From Phallusia mammillata (lineage: Eukaryota): a stretch of DNA of 64,000 nucleotides. The stretch is from contig OZ281494.1 in NCBI GenBank assembly GCA_965637545.1, positions 930,001 to 994,000 of the forward strand, read 5' to 3'. Below are positions 22,801 through 33,000 of this stretch, one piece after another; positions within the stretch are counted from its first letter, which is position 1; every line of letters starts with the position of its first letter. The notes under the pieces were generated by a model. It was not told where the DNA came from. It was given only the letters and a program-made list of their open reading frames with translations, and did no database searches. A program made the translations under genes and the position numbers.

Positions 22801-25800
22801 TTGCGAGCACACAAACGAAAGTGTACCTTGCTTTGAAGTAAACAACTAGTATTTTGTTTAGCATTACACCAGTTAAATGACAAATTTGTTAAATACGTAA
22901 AATGGTGGACGAAACGCTTGTTTTTTTTCAAAGATAATATTGATGGCCTATTTTCAAACTGCCCGCATTTGCTACTTATTAATCACTTTACCATGCTACC
23001 CGCGGCATGGATTCCTCCCAAGGTGCGGAACTTCCCCTATTTCACAAAACGTTTGTTACGCGGTGTAACTCACCCGTACAAAGAGTTTCGTGTGCTGACG
23101 CATTTCCAACAAAAACTGAAACCATTTTATCCAAGCTTCATTCAGCCATAAATAGCAGGCCTCAATTTACAATTATCAACCGATGTTTTGTTAAAAGAAA
23201 GTTATCCTGAAATTTCAATTGTTGATGAAAAACCTCTTTCTACAGCCAAAGTGTGAACAATATTGGCCAGAGGTTGAATCTGAAATCGCATTGTCGTCGA
23301 ACCGTAAAATCCGAACACAGCTTGAAATAACCATCGGAGGAATTATTCAACGACAGTTCGTCATATCCACCACAACAGTGAGTAAACTGCAAAACAAACA
23401 AACGGTTTGGGTAATGTTGGCTTCCATAAAAACAGTTTAATACATAATGGATTGTAATTTAGTCAATACATGACTTTTTAATTTTTTTAAACATGTTAAA
23501 CCTTCCCTTTGCATTCAAATTTGTTTCTCTACAGATGTAATCACAAAGCAAATGTTGAAGCACAGTAAAACTACTGTTTAAAATTCAAAATTAAATTGTG
23601 ATATTTCTTCCCCACACAAAAGTCTTGTTATATTTCCCAGGAACAACGAACCATAACACAGCTGCAGTTTACAACTTGGCCCGATCATGGGATTCCAGTA
23701 ACTACATCCAACATGATCCACCTGCGTAACATGGTCGATGATTTGCAAAACACAAATGCTCCAATCATTGTGCACTGCAGGTGAATACTTGACAAACCCT
23801 ATGTTTATTTGATCACTGAAATGAAGCATATGTTTGTATGCAGTGCTGGAGTGGGACGCACAGGAACTTACATAGCGATGGACACTTTGTTTCATGAACT
23901 TGACGACAAAGGAACAGTTGATGTGCCACAAACTGTGTTAAGAATGAGAGGAAATCGAATTGACATGATCCAGAACGCAGTAAACTGTTTGCTTCTCTAT
24001 TGGGGCGTATATGTTGTGACTAACATTGGTTAATCATATATATTCTACAGAATCAATACATGTACGTCTACAAGCTACTAATGGAGCGTCAGGCCTTAAA
24101 GGAAACAGACAAAGATGTAACAGAACTACAATTGATGACTTCAAGTAAAATGTGAGCAGTTTGTAGTATAGTAAATCGAGCCAAATCTGCAAGCTAGTAT
24201 TTTTGTTGTTGTAATTCACACATTAGCCAATGATTGTTACTTTGTGTTACAGCCAGAAAATGCAAGAGCAAGAATTTGAAGTATTGTCATCGTGGAGATT
24301 TGGCGAGGAATGGCAGGAAAATCACCCAGATCTGAGAACATGTAAATCAGTGATTCCCAACTTTATGGTGGTCGCTTCAAGGCTACGCGTCGTCAACGCG
24401 TACCAACTGGCGAACTAATTTTGCAACAGTATAGCAAGTTATATACGCAACCTGGTGTTTAAGTAATAAATGTTTTGTGTCAGAATAAGCGATTCGAGTG
24501 CAAAAATACGCAAAAAATAAAATACCTGAAGGTGACTGAAAATATTTCATTTCGTGACAACTTACACCCATTTTACAGACAAGAACACGGTGGTCAAACT
24601 TTGGGACAATAAAAGCCAAAGCATTGAACAGCTGGATGCTTCCTATATCCAGGTCAGAATTAAATTTACTCTCACATTGGTTCAAGCCCATTCTTTTACT
24701 CAAAATGCCTTACTTATATTTAATACCGCCATCGTTTTTACAATTGTTGTTTCAAAGTTTCTCCTTACAGGAACACGGATCTTCAGACCTTATCATCGCT
24801 GCGAGAAATCCTGCTCCAGGAAAAGAAGAAAACTTCTGGAAGCTGATCGTTGAACGAGGAGCTTCACTTGTCGTTGATTTGGACAATAGAATTCAAGTAA
24901 ATTTGACATTTTGCATTTTCCTATAATAGCCCTTTACTATATACCAGTGGTTCCCAAACTGTGAGTCATGGCCCAGTAGTGGGCCACCAAAACATTTTCA
25001 ATGAGCCACAGAGCCATTTGAATAGATTCTACTGTTTTGTAATACTGTAGATGTTATGCGCTTTGTTTTGAAAAACGTAATTTTGAAAAAGAGTTCTGAA
25101 TCTTGTAGCCAAATTTCAAGAGCATGTATCATTAAAAATAAATTGCTGGATAATTTCGCCTGTTTTTGAGTTATTTTTTGTTGGTGCCCAAAATTACAAC
25201 ACGTGGTGTGCCACGAATCGCTATTAAATAGACATTTGGGCCACAGACCAAAAAAGTTTAGGAATCCCTGCTAAATACCATACATCTTTTTCAGATTCCA
25301 ACCAATGCAGCTTTACAATATGAAGACATTTCGGTATCTGCATGTGATGTGAATGAAAGCAAACTTCACAATTTGATAACTGTCGACGTCTGGTCAACAA
25401 CCAACGCTTTTGTAAGTTAAAAACTACACTAAGGTCATTTTAAGCAACCCAGTTGTTACGTTAAGTTTAACATTTTTCTATAATAAGGCACTGTGTCCCT
25501 CTGTAAATTCCGTGTTAGGTAGCAATGCTGATTAAAACTCATTATTTCGTTTTTAGGCTGCACAGCAAATGATGCTTCTGCAAGTCAAGGGATGGAGTGA
25601 CGTGGCACGACCTCCGAAAGAAATCTATTTCATTAAAATTATCGAGGAAATGCAACGACTAAAAGTCAAGCAGAATTGCAAGTGTGTGTTGGTGGGATGC
25701 AGGTAAACAATTTAGTTTTCGTCATTAAGAAATTCCTATTGTAATTTAAATTCCGTCTCAAGTAACACGGTGTAGCTTCAGCGCGTTTGGTTATGATTCA

Positions 25801-26343
25801 CCATTTGTGCCATTCACTAGTTTCGCTCCATAATGGTTCAACGTTGCGCAGATATTTTCGTTTTGTTGATTGTTATGTTCCATTGTGAAGTTGCATGTGT
25901 TTTCACCAAGCGAAATCAACCCATGTCCACTTAAATCAATATAACTTCCCGAAATGCGTCTAAAATTAATTAAACGACTTTATCATTACCAAACTACTTT
26001 ATTCCTAAAGTTACAAAACGCTGCAAACATCATACGTTTATGCACTGTTTATCACAGTAACGGATCAACGAGAACTGGGACCTTCATCGCTCTGGTGAAC
26101 ATTCTCGAACGTTTGAAGGCACAAAAGCGGGTGGATGTATTTCGAACTGTGAAAGACCTGAGAGATATGAGACCGAATATGGTAGACAACAAGGTAATGT
26201 TTTTCTTAAGGCATAGTGTCTAGAATCTAGATAAAAGGAAATCTCTTAAACTAAAGTTTATTGTTCAGGAACTCTACAAATACTGCTACTCGGTCGTCTT
26301 TGAATATCTGTCCGATTTCGACACTTATTCAAACTTCCAATGA
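16880..26343 (+). CDS. Receptor-type protein tyrosine phosphatase: signal, CTLD region, 3 FN3, TM, D1 (catalytic) and D2 (pseudo-phosphatase)
   Basis: Signal 16880-16952; A 17176-17352; B 17468-17606; C 17664-17791 (cryptic donor; TAG 17794-17796); D 17958-18122; E 18190-18384; FN3 exons 18528-19004, 19050-19525, 19672-19975; TM 20060-20271; 20566-20630; 20907-21019 (FANEFE); 21543-21639 (RNRYKNIFP); 22414-22616 ([21 protein letters not shown]); 23246-23377 (KCEQYWP); 23641-23780 (WPDHG, IIVHC); 23844-23979 ([11 protein letters not shown]); 24051-24151; 24253-24341; 24579-24652; 24771-24896; 25295-25411; 25557-25702 (WSD, VGC); 26058-26193 (SNGSTRTG); 26269-26343 (DTYSNFQ*). All phases are consistent. 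Confidence 0.9.
21111..21282. mobile_element. hAT (Buster-type) MITE
   Basis: TIRs CAGGGGTGTCAAACTC / GAGTTTGACAACTCTG; 8-bp TSD GTTTATAC / GGTTATAC. Confidence 0.85.
22676..22930 (-). mobile_element. Solo palindromic Penelope-like pLTR containing a hammerhead motif
   Basis: Inverted arms 22676-22732 / 22833-22890; minus-strand CTGAAGA-A-GCCC..GGGC-GAAACGTT-AGC at 22744-22790; closely matches 50370-50530 at the end of the PLE. Confidence 0.75.
24945..25270. mobile_element. hAT (Buster-type) MITE
   Basis: Ends CAGTGGTTCCCAAAC / TTTAGGAATCCCTG; TSD CTATATAC / CTAAATAC. Confidence 0.8.
25764..25925 (+). repeat. Dispersed ~160-bp repeat (other copies at 29592-29750 + and 37395-37548 -)
   Basis: Shared GGTGTAGCT(G/T)CAGCGCGT..AACGTTGCGCAG..GCGAAAT blocks in three places. 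Confidence 0.65.
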
Positions 26344-27820
26344 ACCGTGCAGAAAGACAAAGTAAATCCACAAAAAAACACAAGACAATACAAACGTGTC
26401 TACTTGAAACTAAACAAACGCTGTACAAGACGTTTTACAAATTTGCAGTTGGTACATACGTTATGATGAAGCTTCAGATTTTCGACATTTTCACGTAACA
26501 TCCACAACCCTTCATGCTGCACTTTCCCAATAGTAATTGTCATATTGTCATGTGTTGTTTTTTGATTGTAAGCATATTTGTGCCCCCTCTACAACAGATC
26601 ATAGTTAAGGGATTCCGGTAAACCCAGGGAACTGCTTTTTGTCCTTGTTATATCCAATGTAACTTTTTAAACGTGTATTTAACAAAATATATGTTCAACC
26701 GCAAATGCTTATTTTGTTTTATGCTTATTTGATTTCTTGTTGTGTTTTGCTAAGTTGACGAACTAAGTTGAAAACCGCTGTTTTAGAACAATGGATATGA
26801 GAGTGTTTATGACGTCAATTACGCGGTTTCGTTTCAATAACAAGTTCCAAAAATAGGCTGCAGACAGTGCACGCCGTTTCGACCTACAAGGGCTAATCGG
26901 TGCAGCTGGTGACAAGTGATCGGCTGTATTGTTTAGCCGTCCAACAGCACTCCAGTTTGTTTATACGGCCTATCTCTCGTCACCACCTGCATCGATTAGA
27001 AGTTCTTTTTCGTTTCAAATTTCTTTGCAATCTTAAAGCTGGTTTCCTATCGAGCTTCGTGCAGTCAACCACAGCGCTTGTTACATGCACGACTTTGCAA
27101 ATACAATCAGAGATTCAGAAAACAAGAACTTTTTCTAACAAACCATAGCCATTTGTGTATTCAAACAGCAGCGCAATCTGTCTAAACAGAAATTTTAGTA
27201 AAAGTTTTTTTTTTTTAATTTTATTCATCTTATTTTCGTTTTTCCGAATTCTCATCATTCTTCTTGTTTCTTCCAAAACTCGAGTAGCGGAAGTTTTTCA
27301 TGAGTGTCTAAATACACTGTTTGATCTTTAGCCGTTTTACCAACAGGTTTTTTCCAAATTTAATTTTGTCTGACAAACGTAACAATTCTCCTGTGACGCA
27401 ACAGCCGACAAGAAATTAGTGTTCCATTAGGTGACGTCAATTGCCTTCTTCTTGTGTATGTTGCAATCAGTTTATATTTCACCTCGTATTGTATGCATGT
27501 ATTCTGCTGACAGATGTAGTAAGCATCGAAGCCATCCAGCAAGTATTTTATTGGAACCTTGCTATTTTCCTTTGACTTTGTCCATTAATGTGAACAGTTG
27601 GTAAGTTCCGTGTCATTATATTCTATATACCAAAGTCTGTCCCACACTTTGTTATACGCTGCACAACCTCATGAACGCTATTATGTGTCCAAAATAAAAC
27701 AGCGGGTGTAGGAAAGAAACAGATAAATTGTCGGATTTTTACAACCTGTAGACCAGCGGTTCCCAACTAGGGTCCGTACAGCAGTTTCAGCGGGTCCGCA
27801 AGGAGAATTAGTCTTTAAGG

Positions 27821-28197
27821 CAGGGGTGTGCAACATTTTTCGCCGGTGGGCCATACAACCAATTTCGGACATCAAGCGAGGGCCATACAATTTTATTCAT
27901 ATGTACGACAAATTTGAAACTCTTCCAAAGCATCAATACATGCTTTCACAACAAACTAATTGTTTACTTGACAAAGGGAATTATTACGTCACATTCTGTT
28001 GTTTAGTACTTGCAAACTGGTTGGAAAACGCTGGTTTAGCTAATACTAGTTATGTATAGTATAGTAACTTAGAAGATTTACCAAAAACTAGTAAACAATT
28101 TTGCTGAATTCTCAGAACAATTGCATTTTTCTCTAAATCAGTGTGTTGGTGACGGCCATACTAAAAAGTTTGGCGGGCCGCCTGTTGCACACCCCTG
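27821..28197. mobile_element. hAT-like MITE nested in a second MITE remnant starting at ~27753
   Basis: TIRs CAGGGGTGTGCAACA / TGTTGCACACCCCTG; TSD only partly matching (CTTTAAGG / CTTTATTT). Confidence 0.75.
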
Positions 28198-28693
28198 CTT
28201 TATTTTCCGAGGGTACCCAATGTACGGCATTGATTGTGATTCAATGAACAAACTTTCTCGGATGTAATGCTTGCTTTATATTAGTCTTTAGTTAGCGAAT
28301 GTTTTCAACATTATATCGGTACTGTTATGCTTACTAGAAAAAATATTAAAAAGTTTTTTTAACCTTTTTTTAAGTTTTTAACCTTCCAGTCTGTAAAATC
28401 TGTCAATTTATGTGGTTTTTCCTATACTCGCTAATTTGGACATGAAACGGCGTCCATAAGGGCAAAATAGACTCTTGGAAAACAATCTGTTGGAACTTGA
28501 GTTTTACACAGACTTTAATTATAACTAAGTTCATGTCTTCCTCGATTCTCGCGAGTTAAGGTGATTGGAAACCAGCAACGTAGCAACAAGCCAAATTAAA
28601 TGGGATTGTTTTGTAATAGAACAACCTCACGAAAAGGTAAAGTAATCTGTTAATATTGATCAGTGTGCCTTCTGAGTTTTTTATTCTATAATC

Positions 28694-28842
28694 TCATTTG
28701 CTTCTTTCCTGTTTCTCTTGTATCTGCATCTTCTTCTCATCTTTCCTCTTCATTGCCATGACAACAGTGAGAATGATCAATATCTTTAGAAAGATATTCG
28801 TAATCAAAGAAAACTCCATCAGCGTCTCAATGCTTTTCACTT
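28694..28842 (-). CDS. Alternative terminal exon of the LDLa-ZP gene encoding a hydrophobic TM-like segment
   Basis: Phase-1 acceptor; EVKSIETLMEFSLITNIFLKILIILTVVMAMKRKDEKKMQIQEKQERSK*; preceded by a broken second EGF exon at 29142-29217. Confidence 0.5.
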
Positions 28843-28867
28843 CTGCCAAACAAATCCATAATCAACT

Positions 28868-28990
28868 CCGGTAAAGCATGGCCGAGTGGTAAGTGCAACC
28901 GCATTTTGTTTACAAGGTTACGGGTTCTAATCCAACCTCGGTTGATTGTGTTTCCTTAACTTCAACGACATTGCTCCAACCCAGTGGTTC
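28868..28990 (+). repeat. tRNA-derived SINE-like copy
   Basis: Box A-like TGGCCGAGTGG and box B-like GGTTCTAATCC; related heads on the minus strand at ~33040-33075 and ~52905-52950. Confidence 0.55.
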
Positions 28991-29258
28991 CCGATGGGTA
29001 ATGTTGGAATTAAAATTACTGCATGTATCAACTCCCGACAAACATAATGGATAGCTACAAGCGAAATTCGCACAACACCATTACACACAAGATCCCAAAA
29101 ACTGTATTTTAAAGTATAATGGAGAGCAAAATTTATCTTACTAACGCAAGTTTTTCCATCTTTGATGAGGGAAAATCCTTGAGGACAAATACAGCGAGCT
29201 GCGCCTGTCGTGTCGATAACAGTTTAAACAAGTTCAACATATTCCTTACCCTCTAATG

Positions 29259-29528
29259 CAGTGGTTCTCGACCTTTTTTATATTTGGGGCCAACAGGTAG
29301 TTTTTCAAGTGTGGAAGAAGCAGCAAAAAAACGAATGCGGGATTGCAGCAAACAGTAAGAATCTGATTAGCTGCAGAAAGCTTTGATTGAGTTGAATAAC
29401 GATAGTGTTCAATATGCTGCTTTGTAAACTTTTAAAAATAGTAAATTTTAAAACTTCGTTTCTTTGCTGCAAAAAATAATTAGTTGGGAGCCGCATGAGG
29501 CCCTGAGAGCTGCAGCAGAGAATCAATG
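29259..29528. mobile_element. hAT-like MITE
   Basis: Ends CAGTGGTTCTC / GAGAATCAATG; TSD CTCTAATG / CTCTAATC. Confidence 0.7.
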
Positions 29529-30014
29529 CTCTAATCATTTGAGAATTGATTCTAGAGTTTAATGTAAGTCCCTGTCAAATAACACTTATAGTAACGGTGT
29601 AGCTGCAGCGCGTCCACCATCCATCCACCAATTGCGCCCTCAACTTTGTCGCGCCTAATAACGTCCTAACGTTGCGCAGCTATTTCCGGCCTGGTGAATA
29701 TTGTAGCGCAATTGTGCTGCTACGATTTGTTTCATCGGCGAAATAAACTCAACTCATTTCAATGTGCAGTTCGTCATAAATAATGTTTTCCTAAACTTCA
29801 ATTTAAAAATTAAATGTAGTGCACATTCTACAAAAAAGGTGAATGTAACCTTGCGACGACCTTGCAATCACGTAATAACAACTTGTAAAAACAAACCAAT
29901 GTAAGTGCGTTGTTTTTGTATTAAAACAACCACACGAAAATCAATTGCAATCTGTGTATATGCCCAATATAGTTATCAGTTTATCCTTTCAGTTTTTCAT
30001 TCATCATCTCATTT

Positions 30015-33000
30015 TTATTCTTCCAAATCCTCATCAGTCTTCTTGTTTCTTCCAAAACTCGAGATGGGAGAGTATTCCATGATATTCTCAATGAACTGTT
30101 GGACCTCTAACAAATAAGTGTAATGCTAAAATTAAAAACCAATTCATATTGCTTGCTGAATTAGATAATAACCAAATTTTGACATAGGTAGTTTAGGTTT
30201 AACTTGGAATACAGAACGACTGTTAAACTGCCTAGTTATAAGTACAACTTTTCCAACAAAATTCAGAACACAGAATAAGATTTGTAGATTGTGAGAAACA
30301 TAATTAAGTCTTACCAACGCAAGTCTTCCTATCTTTCATAAGGAAATATCCTTCAGGGCAAATACAGCGAGCTGCACCTGTCGTGTCGATACCACACATG
30401 TGAGAGCATCCCAATTCCTCCTAGAAAGAAATTTAAACTAGTCAGACCCAATATAACATATTCACACTCAAAGTAACAATAGAAGCTTTACCTGGTCACA
30501 AACAAGTTGGTCATCACTATCAAGTTCAGGTGCAAGGACAAAAGGTCCGAGAGAGATTTTCTTTGTTGCATCATCAGTTTCGTCAGTGATTGATCTTTTG
30601 ACTGGTTGATCCATTTGTGAACAGTCCTGATCAATTTAAGTTTAATAGGAAAGATTACGATGGAAACAGGATTGAGATTTTGTTTTATAATATACCACTT
30701 CGCGTATGAAGTAATTTTAATGGAGTAGCAAGGCTGGATACACTTGTGTTAACAAAACAACTAATTTTATTTGGTTTTACAAAAATTTCCGAAAAAAACA
30801 AACTTCATACTATTTTGCAATCTTTGTCGTCCGTTTTTTCGCAGATATTCATTTTGCACGAAAGCCATATCTCCTGTTCCGAACCTTGGACACTAGACCA
30901 GCTGAATCCCAGGAACGAAAAGAGAAACTTGTGAGAGTCGGTCACAGGGTAGATGACATTCCCCTTCGCATCAAGAGGATCAGGCGCCTCACAACTGCAA
31001 AAAAAGTAAATTAAAGTGGAACTTTCCTCATCCTCAATTACAAGCGCTCACCCTTCGATGACAACAGGATAAACAGTTTCAGTTTCGTCCTCAGTGGCCG
31101 CCAGATTACAATCAATTCCCTAATAGTTTCAAGTAATGAAACAAAGTTGGCATAAAGCATGTTTATTTAACATTATACCTGCAAAACCAAGTCGGTGTTA
31201 GTTCCCACATCGATGTTTACACCAATGTAAACAGGGGATCCAATTGTTATCGTTTGGTCAGTTTCAATTGTAGTAAAACTGTCCGATTGGTAACGAGCCA
31301 TTTCCATGTCGATTGATGACGATGTTTTGCCCAAATTCAACTTAACGTTGCTGCAGAAGAGGAATTGACCAGTTAATATTTGTCACAGTACGGCAGACCG
31401 GCCTAAAAGTCACGTTATACCGAAACACGCTAAGAAATGTTTTAATAGACTGCGGTATTATTATTGGATTATACACAAGCACATATTCGTGATTTGGTCT
31501 ATATTGTTTATGCTCACATGCCACAACATTCACTCACACATCAGAGTGGGTTCTGCGAATGGGTTCTAGATAAATTTCGAACCTGATCATTGCCAACAGA
31601 GGTTGATCCATTGTCGCTATTTCTGAACGGTCGTAGGCGCATTGAAACTCCACGACTGCCGAATCCCCATTGCGATTTATTATTTTCGACAAGTCAGCAG
31701 AGACACCAAGCGAAACTTTGTATGTTACCACAATTTCTGTGTCGCTCTCCTGGAATTGAACAACAATAAGAAAAAACAATTTTTTCTCGGCTAATTTGCC
31801 GAGCTACTTTTTACACCAGTATACTTGAATCTTACGTCTATGTTTGCAGCACATTGTCCAATTCCAGTCAGGAAATTCATGTCATACTCGTCAGTCTGTT
31901 CATTCTTCACTGCAAAGCAGTTGTCCAGTGGTGCCGAATCGTCACCGATCATTTCAAGCTGTTCGCCGGCTCCTGGTAGCTTGGATCGGACGTAACTTTC
32001 TCGGAGCCTGCAGAAACAACAGAAGACACAATATAAATAATAGTTACAGATACGAAATGATTTGCACATCGTCTAATGTTCGTGCAAAAGGGTTTAGCTG
32101 TTTAACACATAATGGAAAACAAAGTTAAACTAACAGTTTAGAATCATGATTGAACAACATCTAAACAAAACTAACCTCGCTGTAACTCCAGTTGTTGTGC
32201 AGTCGGTTGTGATATCTAAAAAACAGAAACTAAAAAAATATTCTTGAAAACAAATACAGAACCATCCTAATATGTTTAGTGCAACCGCCTTGTAATTGTA
32301 AGGCTTGTGGTTCTAATCCCAGCTCGGCCTCTAAGATGACCCAGTGGTTAGTGCAACCGCCATGCAATCATGAGGTTAGTAGTTCTAATCCCAGCATGGC
32401 CACAGTGATTAGTACAACTGCCTTGAAATCGTAAGATTGATGGTTCTGTTCCCAGTGTGGCCTTTAAGATGACCCAGTAGTTAGTGCAACCGCCTTCCAA
32501 TCAAAACGTTAAGGGTTCTAATCCTAGCATGGCCACAGTGGCTAGTGTAACCGCCTTGTAATTGTAAGGTCGGAGGTTCTGACCCCAGTAGGCCTCTCAG
32601 GTAACCGGTTAGTGCAACCGAAGGCAATCGTAAGGTTTATGGTTTTAATCCCAACTCAGTATCAAAGATGGCCCAGTGATTAGTGCCACCGCCTTGCAAT
32701 CTTAAGGTTGGTGGTTCGAATCCCATCTGAAGGGGCTAATAAGCTAACCAAGGTCAATTGCATTAAACACATTTGGGTTGAAACATACCACAATTAGCTT
32801 CGTCATCGTCAAAGTCATAACAGTCATGATGGCCATCGCATACATATCGTTGTGGAAGACAGTAACCGGATCGGCATTTGTGGAAGTCAGATCCGCATTC
32901 TCCTGTGGTGTTCAAATGTAAAAAGTTTCCCATGAAAACCTTGGTGTAAACTCCTCATTACATTACAAAATGGCCCAGAAGATTATCAAACAAGTCGGTC

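Noticed and set aside
32274-32730. Functional tRNA gene cluster or CRISPR-like array
   Set aside because: Acceptor and anticodon stems do not pair; units are diverged repeats without unique spacers, and the context is eukaryotic with no cas genes.
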